Origin: a bacterium | GTDB taxonomy: Bacteria > Electryoneota > Electryoneia > Electryoneales > Electryoneaceae | NCBI GenBank assembly: GCA_963675295.2 | Contig: CAXXKJ010000002.1 | Coordinates: 3,168,001-3,232,000 of the forward strand | Direction of reading: 5' to 3' | Length of the DNA: 64,000 bases | In this document: in pieces, positions 38,395 to 46,912 of the stretch | Layout of the letters: each line of letters starts with the position of its first letter | Numbering within the stretch: position 1 is the stretch's first letter | Translations under genes and position numbers: made by a program | Notes under the pieces: generated by a model | What the model was told of the DNA's origin: nothing | What the model saw: the letters and a program-made list of their open reading frames with translations, nothing else | The model's database searches: none

Positions 38395-40845
38395 ATGCGT
38401 ACCCTGATGTCCGTGCTTTTTACCGTGCTGATGCTCGCCGGTGCGGCGAATGCTCAGTTTACCCTGACTCTGCTGCACAACAATGACGGCGAGTCCCAGT
38501 TGATCAATCTCGGTGGCGACCAGGAAGACTTCGGTGGCGTCGCTCACTTCGCCAGCCTCGCGGATTCCTGCAAGGCCTGGGCGGATGCGAACACCGATGG
38601 TTACCTGATGGTCACCTCCGGCGACAACTTCCTCCCCGGCCCGGAGTGGAACGCCAGCCTGAACGATGGCATCTACTATGACGCCGTCGCGATCGACCTG
38701 CTCGGCTACAACACCCTCTGCCTCGGCAACCATGATTTCGACGCCGGCCCGGATGTGTTGGCCGAGTTCATCAGTGAAGCCAATGTCTACACCTCGCCGA
38801 CCTGGCTGAGCTGCAACCTCGACTTCAGCAATGAGCCGAACCTGCAGGCGCACGTAGACAACGGCCGCATCGCCAGCAGCAAGATGGCTGATGTGAACGG
38901 CACGATGGTTGGTATCGTTGGCGCGACCACCCCGAACCTCGACTTCATCTCCAGCCCTGGCGATGTCATCATCAACGATGACGTGGTCGCCGCGGTGCAG
39001 GCCGAAATCGACGACCTCAGCAACAACGGCGCGGACATCATCATCCTGATCTCCCACCTGCAGGGCATCGTCGAAGACCTCGCGATCATTCCGGAACTCA
39101 GCGGCCTCGACGTCGCTGTGGCCGGCGGTGGTGACGAGCTGCTCGCCAACGATGGCGACCTGCTGGTCCCGGGCGACGAAGATGAAGTGTATGGTGCATA
39201 CCCGTTGACCGCGACGAACCTCGATGGCGACACTGTTCCGGTGGTCACCACCAGCGGCAACTACGCCTACCTCGGCCAGATCGTGCTCAACTTCGACATC
39301 AACGGCGACCTCATTGACTGGGATACGGACCACAGCGGCCCGAAGCGCGTTGCGAACGAAAACTACCCGGACGGTGTCCCGGCGAACACGACGATGCAGA
39401 CGATGGTCGTTGACCCGGTCGCGGCCTACGTTGCGAACCTCGGCGCGAACATCATCGCCAGCTCGGATGTCGATCTTGACGGTATCCGCAACCACGTGCG
39501 CGGATTTGAGACCAACCAGGGCAATTTGATCGCAGACGCGATGCTCGCAATCGCGATGGATCGTTACGCTGATTTCGGTGCCCCGATGCCGACGGTCGCG
39601 TTCCAGAACGGTGGCGGTATCCGTAACGACGCCATCATTTCCGCTGGCGACATTTCCGAGCTGACCACATTTGACGTGCTGCCGTTCGGCAACATCCTTT
39701 CGATCGTGGAAGATGTCGATCCGATGCAGTTCAAGGCCGTGATGGAAAATCACGTCGCCGCGATCGGCAACGGCGCGGGCACCGGCCGTTTCGGCCAGGT
39801 TTCCGGCTATCGTTTCGAATATGATGCGACCTTCCAGGCGCAGGAATACGACACCGACGGCAACATCACCATCCCGGGCGAACGCATCCGCAAAGCGTGG
39901 CTGGCTGACGGTACCGTGTTGGTCGAAGACGGCGTGGTCAACCTGGACGCCCCGCACCAGAACATCGTCGTTGGTGACTTCATCGCCGGCGGTGGGGACG
40001 AGTACCCGTTCCAGGGCTTGAACTTCACCCGCCTCGGTATTTCCGACCAGCAGACGCTGGCGACCTACCTGTCCGACATGGGTACGGTTGAAGCACGCGA
40101 CTACCCGCGTGGTGGCGAGATGCGCGTCGTCCGTCTCGACCAGCCGCTGGGTCTCGAAGCCAGCCCGATGTTCGGCGTCTTCCCATCCGTCCCGGCGGAA
40201 GGGGGTTACTTCCCGTTGACCGCGACGATCAGTAACCTGACCATGGATGAGATGATGTACGACGCGTGGGTCGATGTCTGGGGTCCGAACGGCCTGCAGG
40301 GCAACATCTACAGTGGCGTCAAAATGTACATGGACGTGGCCATTTTCGGCAACGCCATGGACACATATAACGCTTTGCAGTTTGTCCCGGGCTACGCTCC
40401 GGAAGGCACCTACCTTTACATCGTCAACATCGGTCACTACCCGAATGAAGTGATCGCGCGCGACTGGTTCGGCTTCGAGAAGGAAGGCGTTGATCCGTCC
40501 GCGATCGGTGACTGGATGATCAAGCTGAACAACGGTGAGGTCGAAGCTGCGGATGCCGCGGCTGCGACTGAGCTGCCGACCGAGTTCGCCGTTGGCCAGG
40601 CCTACCCGAATCCGTTCAACCCGACCACGACGTTGAGTGTCAGCCTGCCGTCAGCAGCGAAGCTGAATGTCACCGTGTTCAACGTGATGGGCCAGCAGGT
40701 TGCGGAAATCGCCAACGGTTCGTACAACGCCGGCATGCACAACCTCGTGTTCGACGCGAACGGCATGGCCAGCGGCGTCTATTTCGTTCGCACCCGGGTT
40801 CCGGGTCATCTGAACCAGCTGCAGAAGGTGATGTTGGTGAGGTAA
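38395..40845 (+). CDS. Secreted 5'-nucleotidase/UshA-family metallophosphoesterase with CTD
   Basis: LHNNDGES, GDNF, GNHDFD, ISHL, ETNQGNLIAD, NGGGIR, LPFGN; AYPNPFN...QKVMLVR. Confidence 0.92.
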   Translation: MRTLMSVLFTVLMLAGAANAQFTLTLLHNNDGESQLINLGGDQEDFGGVAHFASLADSCKAWADANTDGYLMVTSGDNFLPGPEWNASLNDGIYYDAVAIDLLGYNTLCLGNHDFDAGPDVLAEFISEANVYTSPTWLSCNLDFSNEPNLQAHVDNGRIASSKMADVNGTMVGIVGATTPNLDFISSPGDVIINDDVVAAVQAEIDDLSNNGADIIILISHLQGIVEDLAIIPELSGLDVAVAGGGDELLANDGDLLVPGDEDEVYGAYPLTATNLDGDTVPVVTTSGNYAYLGQIVLNFDINGDLIDWDTDHSGPKRVANENYPDGVPANTTMQTMVVDPVAAYVANLGANIIASSDVDLDGIRNHVRGFETNQGNLIADAMLAIAMDRYADFGAPMPTVAFQNGGGIRNDAIISAGDISELTTFDVLPFGNILSIVEDVDPMQFKAVMENHVAAIGNGAGTGRFGQVSGYRFEYDATFQAQEYDTDGNITIPGERIRKAWLADGTVLVEDGVVNLDAPHQNIVVGDFIAGGGDEYPFQGLNFTRLGISDQQTLATYLSDMGTVEARDYPRGGEMRVVRLDQPLGLEASPMFGVFPSVPAEGGYFPLTATISNLTMDEMMYDAWVDVWGPNGLQGNIYSGVKMYMDVAIFGNAMDTYNALQFVPGYAPEGTYLYIVNIGHYPNEVIARDWFGFEKEGVDPSAIGDWMIKLNNGEVEAADAAAATELPTEFAVGQAYPNPFNPTTTLSVSLPSAAKLNVTVFNVMGQQVAEIANGSYNAGMHNLVFDANGMASGVYFVRTRVPGHLNQLQKVMLVR

Positions 40846-40850
40846 TTCCA

Positions 40851-40987
40851 CGGGACACTCATTGAGGCAGTGTCCCCAAGAATTGCTCGTACCATAAAAC
40901 AACACAGAGCAGGAGAGAGTCGCCTATCTCATGAAAATACCTGCTGAAACAGTCTGCGGGCTGCTGTGATTGTTGGACTTAACAGAA
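40851..40987 (+). repeat. Conserved att arm, copy 3 (more diverged)
   Basis: GGGACACTC..GAGGCAGTGTCCCCAAGAA..GCAGGAGAG..CTATCTC..TGTGATT..ACAGAA; 137 nt to the anticodon loop. Confidence 0.8.
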
Positions 40988-41032
40988 CTTCGAACCGCGA
41001 AGTCTTGGGTTCGAATCCCTACAGGCGTACCA
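40988..41032 (+). tRNA. 3' half of a tRNA-Arg-like sequence with TCG anticodon loop (att fragment, chimeric or decayed)
   Basis: Loop CTTCGAA, then CCGCGAAGTC; T-loop and acceptor identical to the 27.7-kb fragment. Confidence 0.8.
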
Positions 41033-41039
41033 TACCGAT

Positions 41040-41077
41040 CAAGGGGTTACGGGAAACCGTGGCCCCTTGTTCTTTTC
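41040..41077 (+). terminator. Terminator after tRNA fragment (near-identical to 27772)
   Basis: CAAGGGGTTACGG-gaaa-CCGTGGCCCCTTG followed by a T-rich tail. Confidence 0.85.
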
Positions 41078-41375
41078 TACGATGTACACGATCCTTTTCT
41101 ACGATCCGACTCGAGTGGATCACACACTTTTTTGTCAAACCCTGATCATTTGCTTGTTCCCCATCGCTCTCGCCGCTACTTTGGGATGTGTGGATCTGCG
41201 CGGCTAGCTGAGTTTCCCACCATTCGATCCGCAAACGACAATGACCATCGAGCGTATTGCCACACACAATCTTATCTGGCAACATCCCCCGATAGATCAG
41301 AAATACACGATACGATCCACGCGGATCTATTCATATCAACCAGTCACGCATGCATACAAGGGGAGGGACGTGTCG

Positions 41376-43040
41376 ATGAACAGATTGAAACAATTTGTGC
41401 TGGTTCTCAGCCTGGTGATGGTCGCGGTCAGCTGCGGACTCGCCTCTGAGTTGATTAACCCAGTCACCGATCATGGTGTTTATGGCCGCTATGATTCGGA
41501 CCTGGTCAGCGGTGAATATCCTGCCAACAGTGGCAAGTATTACCTCTGGGAAGGGCGGCTCTGGGTTGGTGCGGTTACGAACAACACGCGGTATGTGACA
41601 GCGGCCGGTCCGGACACATACGAGTGGACTCCGGACGGTGGCGGCACGCCCGAAGTCATGGCGATCGGCGGCGATCTGCTCGAGTGGACGGCACAATTCA
41701 ACGACAACGGTGCCGTTGGCGGCCACACGCCACTCGGATTGGAAATCACCCAGACCGTTGAGGCGTGGTCGTCAATGGACCGTCCGCAGAACGCCCACCA
41801 GATCGCATTGACTGTCACCAACAGTTCCGGCGCGGCGCTGGACAGTGTGTACGTCGGCTGGGTGTTCGATTTCGATGTCTGCTTTGGTCCGAACGGCGAC
41901 GATAGCGAAGCCAGCCAGGACGATCTCGCCGGTTGGGACGCTGATCGCTGGCTTGGCTACATGTGGGATGGCGACAATCCGGACGAACCGGGCGATGACA
42001 CGGGCGACAACGGCATCTCCCCCGGTTACATCGGGGTGAGCTGGCTGGATGGCAACATGCCGCCGGCCTCGTTCCAGGCCTGGACCAGTGGCAATGATCC
42101 AGCCACCGATTCCGACAAGTTCGGCTATCTCGCTGGTATCCCCAACGATGGCGGCGGTGCCTTCGATGATCCTCCGGCTGTTGTCGGTGACTACCGTGTG
42201 ATGCTCTCCATGGGTCCATACAGCCTGGCTGATGGTGCCAGCGAAGACCTCGTTGTCGCGCTTTGCGTTGGCGATGGCCTCGATGGATTGGAAACCGCAA
42301 CCGACGAGATGAACGACTGGTACAACCGGCCGGTGCAGTTCGAGATGACCCCGGAGCAGACAACCATCCCGCCGGAAGGTGGTGATCTGGTCTATGGCGC
42401 GTCGCTGCTCAGCACGCTGCCGAACACGGTGCCCGGCCTTTCCTTCTGGACGGAGATCGAGTTCCCGAACGGCCAGATGTTCTCACCGGTGCAACGGATT
42501 CCATTCACACACACGCCCTTCATGCAGGTCAACATGACTGGAATCACGCAGTCGATTCCGGAACTGGCTCCGGAAGGCGACTACGTGTACTACGGCTATG
42601 TCGGGTTCTACCCCAACCCTCAGCTCAGCGATTTCATCACGTTTGTCAAAACCGGCGGCCCACTGAGCCACGCGGATCTTACTCCAGCCGACTGGCCGTC
42701 CAACCTGACCCGGACGTTTGGCGAGGCAATGATCTCCGGTGAGGATGCGGACGGCCCGGTAGCCGCTCAACCCGGTCAATTCCAACTTTCGGCTGCTCAT
42801 CCAAACCCGTTCAACGCGTCCACCAGCCTGTCGGTGACCTTGCCAGAAAGCGGCCACTTGAAGGTGGAGGTTGTTAACCTGACCGGCCAACGGGTGATGG
42901 TTCTCAGTGATGGCATGCGCACGGCGGGCACGCACCAGTTCAGCCTTCAGGCCGAAACTCTTGCCAGCGGGCTGTACTTCATTCGCGCCAGTGTGCCGGG
43001 ACACATGGACCAGGTGCGAAAGGTGATGTTGCTGAGGTAA
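41376..43040 (+). CDS. Secreted protein of unknown function with pre-CTD Ig-like domain and CTD
   Basis: Signal peptide; GEYPANSG..YLWEGRLWVGA; PLGLEITQ; AHPNPFN...RKVMLLR. Confidence 0.85.
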   Translation: MNRLKQFVLVLSLVMVAVSCGLASELINPVTDHGVYGRYDSDLVSGEYPANSGKYYLWEGRLWVGAVTNNTRYVTAAGPDTYEWTPDGGGTPEVMAIGGDLLEWTAQFNDNGAVGGHTPLGLEITQTVEAWSSMDRPQNAHQIALTVTNSSGAALDSVYVGWVFDFDVCFGPNGDDSEASQDDLAGWDADRWLGYMWDGDNPDEPGDDTGDNGISPGYIGVSWLDGNMPPASFQAWTSGNDPATDSDKFGYLAGIPNDGGGAFDDPPAVVGDYRVMLSMGPYSLADGASEDLVVALCVGDGLDGLETATDEMNDWYNRPVQFEMTPEQTTIPPEGGDLVYGASLLSTLPNTVPGLSFWTEIEFPNGQMFSPVQRIPFTHTPFMQVNMTGITQSIPELAPEGDYVYYGYVGFYPNPQLSDFITFVKTGGPLSHADLTPADWPSNLTRTFGEAMISGEDADGPVAAQPGQFQLSAAHPNPFNASTSLSVTLPESGHLKVEVVNLTGQRVMVLSDGMRTAGTHQFSLQAETLASGLYFIRASVPGHMDQVRKVMLLR

Positions 43041-43206
43041 TCCCGGCGAATTTCGCTTCAGGTTTATATTTCAGAATCTCGTAAGCATACCTTGTCAACG
43101 GGTCCGGCTCAGCTGGGCCCGTTGCTCTTTCCTGATCCTGCCTTCCGCGCGTACTTTTGGCTGCTGATGGTCAACTCCTCCCATGCTGATCGGGTATCGT
43201 TCAACC

Positions 43207-43926
43207 GTGAAAACGAACACGAAAACACTGGAAATCGACGGGATATCCATCTCCGTGACCCGCAAGGACATCAAGACGATGCGGCTGGCGGTTTACCCAC
43301 CGGACGGTGAGGTGCGAATGTCCGTGCCACGTCGGGTGTCCGAACGGCGGGTGCAGCAGGTCATTGTTTCACGTCTGGCCTGGATCCGCAAGCAGCAGGA
43401 GAAGATCGCCGAACGTCCGGTCGTTCCGGAACCGCAATTCGTGAGCGGCGATACGATGACCATCTGGGGACGGCGGGTCACCCTGGAAGTGATCGAACGA
43501 AACGCCGCGCCATCAGTGGAAGACATTGGAGACGGTGAGCTGCGGCTGTATGTTCGCCCCGGCTCAACGGTTGACAAACGTGCTGCGGTGATCCGGCAGT
43601 GGTATCGGGATGAGATTGAGCTGCGTTTGCCAGATTTGCTGGCGAAATGGCAGCCGGTGGTCGGGAAACGGGTCGCGGAAGTGAAAACCCGATGGATGAA
43701 GAGCCGTTGGGGGTCGTGTATTATCCGTGACCGGCGCATCTGGCTCAACGCTGAGCTGGCTCGTTATCCGGTGGTGTATCTGGAGTATGTCCTGGTTCAT
43801 GAGATGGTTCACCTGTACGAGCGTAAACACAACCACCGTTTCTACGGTTACATGGACCGGTTCTTTCCCGATTGGCGTGAATACCGGGCTCAACTTCGGC
43901 AGATGTCACGGAATGGATCGTATTAA
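43207..43926 (+). CDS. YgjP/DUF45 (M48/SprT-like) metal-dependent hydrolase
   Basis: MKSRWGSC, EYVLVHEMVH, HNHRFY. Confidence 0.9.
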   Translation: MKTNTKTLEIDGISISVTRKDIKTMRLAVYPPDGEVRMSVPRRVSERRVQQVIVSRLAWIRKQQEKIAERPVVPEPQFVSGDTMTIWGRRVTLEVIERNAAPSVEDIGDGELRLYVRPGSTVDKRAAVIRQWYRDEIELRLPDLLAKWQPVVGKRVAEVKTRWMKSRWGSCIIRDRRIWLNAELARYPVVYLEYVLVHEMVHLYERKHNHRFYGYMDRFFPDWREYRAQLRQMSRNGSY

Positions 43927-43928
43927 TC

Positions 43929-45449
43929 TCACGCCGGGGTCTCGGCAAGGGGCAGCACGACGGTGAACACGGTGCCGGACCCGGGGGCACTCTCGACCTC
44001 GATGTCGCCGCCATGTTGCTTGACAATTCCCAGCGACACCGACAACCCGAGTCCGGTTCCCTTCCCCGTCGGCTTGGTGGTGAAGAACGGATCAAACACG
44101 CGCGGCAGAATGTGCGGCGGGATTCCACCTCCACTATCTCGCACAATGACCGCGTAGTATCCGTTTTCCTTCCCCCGTTCCACCCGCAGCTCCAGAGTTC
44201 CTCCAGCCTTGGATGCGTCCAGCGCGTTCAGAATCAGGTTCAGGAACACCTGCTGCAACTGGCGCTTGTCACCGTGGATCAACGGTTGGTCGATCACGCT
44301 GCTGACAGTCGCCTTGACCCTGGCAATTTTCACCTGATTGGATGCTAGACGCAGGGTATCCTCGAGCAGTTGGAACAGGTTCAACTGCTCAGTCGTCATC
44401 TCGCTTTCACGGGCGAAATCGAGCAGGTTGCGCACAATGCGGCTCGACCGTTCCGCCTCATGCACGAGATCCTGCACCATCTCCAGCCGGTCGCTGTCGG
44501 ACAGTTTCTGGTAATCTTCCTCCAGCACGGCGGCGGTCAGCGTGATGTTGTTGATCGGGTTGTTCAACTCATGCGCGACGCCGGCGGTAAGGTTGCCGAC
44601 AGCCAGCATTTTGTGGGACTGGATCATTCGTGTCTGGTGACGGTCCAGCTCGCCCATCATGTGATTCAGCGCGAGGTTGAGGTTGGTGAATTCATCCCGG
44701 TATCGCCGTTCCGGCATGATCGGTGTGAAATCGCCGTCCGCAATGCGTTCAGTCACGCCCATCAACCGGCTGAGGCGGCCGATAATCTGCCGGGCGAGCA
44801 GATTCGCGAAGTAGATCATCCACAGTAGCAGCAACACGAGGAAGATCAGCGGGATATGTTCCGCCCACGTGAACATCTGCCTCATGTTCTTTCGTTCCTT
44901 GGCGGACAGATCGAAGGCGTAGTCCACCATCTGCGAGCCGTGCATCCGCAATTGCGATTCAATGTCCGCCAGCGAAGCCGAATCTGCCGCCGTGCCTGTA
45001 ACCGGTGCCTCAAGTTGCCCGAGCAGGTTGCGATACGTGTCCAGGTGCATCGTCATCGTGTGCAGTTCATGACTACCGAGCACTGATTCGAGCTCAGCGG
45101 TCGAGGAGTGCAATAAGTCCTGCGCGGCGGTAACGTGGTCGTAGATATCCGGCAGGTTGGTGCCGTAGAGGAAGTAATTCTTCTCAAATCGGCGGGCCTG
45201 CTGGATTTCGTTGGTATACTTGTCGGCGACAACGAGGAACTGCATCCGTTTGTCGAGTTGCTGCAGGATGATGATCGTGGTAGTGATCATCGCTCCGGCG
45301 AGGACAAAGAAGGTCAGAAAGCCGACCCAGAGCCGGAACCGGATGCTGATCAGCGGCCGTTGTTCGAGCGCCTTACGGGCGAGCTGTTCATATTGTTCAG
45401 CCCTGTCAGCTTCGTGTGCGGTGGACGCCGCTGTCACCGGATCAGGCAT
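43929..45449 (-). CDS. HAMP sensor histidine kinase
   Basis: RRFEKNYFLY, HAMP, HELNNP, GTGLGL. Confidence 0.92.
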   Translation of the reverse strand: MPDPVTAASTAHEADRAEQYEQLARKALEQRPLISIRFRLWVGFLTFFVLAGAMITTTIIILQQLDKRMQFLVVADKYTNEIQQARRFEKNYFLYGTNLPDIYDHVTAAQDLLHSSTAELESVLGSHELHTMTMHLDTYRNLLGQLEAPVTGTAADSASLADIESQLRMHGSQMVDYAFDLSAKERKNMRQMFTWAEHIPLIFLVLLLLWMIYFANLLARQIIGRLSRLMGVTERIADGDFTPIMPERRYRDEFTNLNLALNHMMGELDRHQTRMIQSHKMLAVGNLTAGVAHELNNPINNITLTAAVLEEDYQKLSDSDRLEMVQDLVHEAERSSRIVRNLLDFARESEMTTEQLNLFQLLEDTLRLASNQVKIARVKATVSSVIDQPLIHGDKRQLQQVFLNLILNALDASKAGGTLELRVERGKENGYYAVIVRDSGGGIPPHILPRVFDPFFTTKPTGKGTGLGLSVSLGIVKQHGGDIEVESAPGSGTVFTVVLPLAETPA

Positions 45450-45450
45450 G

Positions 45451-45825
45451 TCAGGGCGTGGCCTGAATCGCCTTGTCGATCACCTCGCGCAGGTCGTCCG
45501 GGCGAAATGGCTTGGCAATGAAGTCGAACGCCCCTTTCGCCAACGCTTCACGAGCAGTCTCGATCGTCGCATAGCCGGTGATGATGATGATCTTGGTGTC
45601 CGGGTGCATCTGCTTCACCCGTGTCATCACTTCGATGCCATCGATTTCATCCATCCGGATATCGGTTACGACGATATCGAACGCCTTCTCTTCCAATCGT
45701 TTCAGCGCCTCCAGCCCGGAGGTGAAGATCTCGACATGATGACCGTTGTTCTGCAGGGCCTGAAGCAACCGTTTGCCGACGATTGGCTCATCGTCGAGGA
45801 TGAGAATCTCAAGCTGCCGCTGCAT
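45451..45825 (-). CDS. Single-domain response regulator
   Basis: ILILDDE, VTDIRM, FIAKPF. Confidence 0.9.
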   Translation of the reverse strand: MQRQLEILILDDEPIVGKRLLQALQNNGHHVEIFTSGLEALKRLEEKAFDIVVTDIRMDEIDGIEVMTRVKQMHPDTKIIIITGYATIETAREALAKGAFDFIAKPFRPDDLREVIDKAIQATP

Positions 45826-45832
45826 GGTTACC

Positions 45833-46912
45833 TCATGATTGGTTTTGCGCAAGCAACGCTCGCACCTTCCGCCGTTTGTTATGTGCTTTGATCACCTGCA
45901 CCAGGATCACCAGCACACCGCTGAGTCCGCTGGCATAGAGCAGGATGGTACTACCAAGGTTCCACCACACATCCCAGTCGGGATTGAGATCGAGCACCCC
46001 GAGTTGGCGCAGGTACACCGGCATCGCGATGCCCCTGCTGATCACGCACAGCAGAATGATGACACCGGTAACCAGCCGGATCACCTTCTCACGGATGACC
46101 TTGGTGCCATATACCCCGACGTGAATCCCGATCAATGATCCGATATACAGCAACAACACCAGCCGCAGATCGACAAATCCGCTCCACGCGTAGTTGATCG
46201 CTCCCCACGCGCCCATGTAAATCGCGAGGTACAGTTCGGTTCCCGCTGCAACCGCCGTGGGAATTCCGAAAATGTAGATCATCGCCGGTACACCGATGAA
46301 ACCGCCAACGCCGATTGTGCCGGCGAGATAGCCGGTAGCCAATCCGACAACACTCACGATCCACAACGAGATGGTGACATCCGCCACCGGGAAGTAGATC
46401 ATCGGCGGCAGGTTCAACCTGCCGAAGTATTCCGCGAGCTTGGAGGATGGTCCTTCCCCCGTTTCGCTTTTGCGCAAAGCATCCCGGAGAATGGAGACCG
46501 AGATGAACGCGAGCACCACGACGAACAGAGTACTGATGTACAAATCGCCGGCCGCGCTGCCACCGCCTTCGCCATGTCCGCCGCCCTCCATGTGGAACAT
46601 CATCTCATTGACCCACACCGCGAGCCGGATGCCGATGAACGCACTCACCAGCATGTAGGAACCCAGCTTCCGGTCCACGTGTCCGAGTTCGTGGTGGCTC
46701 ATCGACCCGACCAGCGCCTTGCCGAATTTGTGGGTGATGTTCGATCCGACCGCGACCACACCGGGAATCCCAAGGTTCATCATGCCCGGCGTCATGAAAA
46801 AAGCGCCGCCGCTGCCGATGAATCCGCTCAGCACGCCGCCGATAAACCCGAGGATTGCCACCTTGATGACCGTGCCGCCGGTGACCAGGATAAAGTCGAC
46901 TTCAGGTGTCAT
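45833..46912 (-). CDS. TauE/SafE (TSUP) family membrane transporter
   Basis: GVLSGFIGSGGAFFMTP and GYLAGTIGVGGFIGVPAM repeats. Confidence 0.88.
   Translation of the reverse strand: MTPEVDFILVTGGTVIKVAILGFIGGVLSGFIGSGGAFFMTPGMMNLGIPGVVAVGSNITHKFGKALVGSMSHHELGHVDRKLGSYMLVSAFIGIRLAVWVNEMMFHMEGGGHGEGGGSAAGDLYISTLFVVVLAFISVSILRDALRKSETGEGPSSKLAEYFGRLNLPPMIYFPVADVTISLWIVSVVGLATGYLAGTIGVGGFIGVPAMIYIFGIPTAVAAGTELYLAIYMGAWGAINYAWSGFVDLRLVLLLYIGSLIGIHVGVYGTKVIREKVIRLVTGVIILLCVISRGIAMPVYLRQLGVLDLNPDWDVWWNLGSTILLYASGLSGVLVILVQVIKAHNKRRKVRALLAQNQS

Larger units (their letters stand above)
27765..41032 (+). mobile_element. Module C: integrase-less island between two tRNA-Arg att fragments
   Basis: 26-bp direct repeat GGGTTCGAATCCCTACAGGCGTACCA at 27739-27764 and 41007-41032; arm-type motifs at both inner ends. 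Confidence 0.7.
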
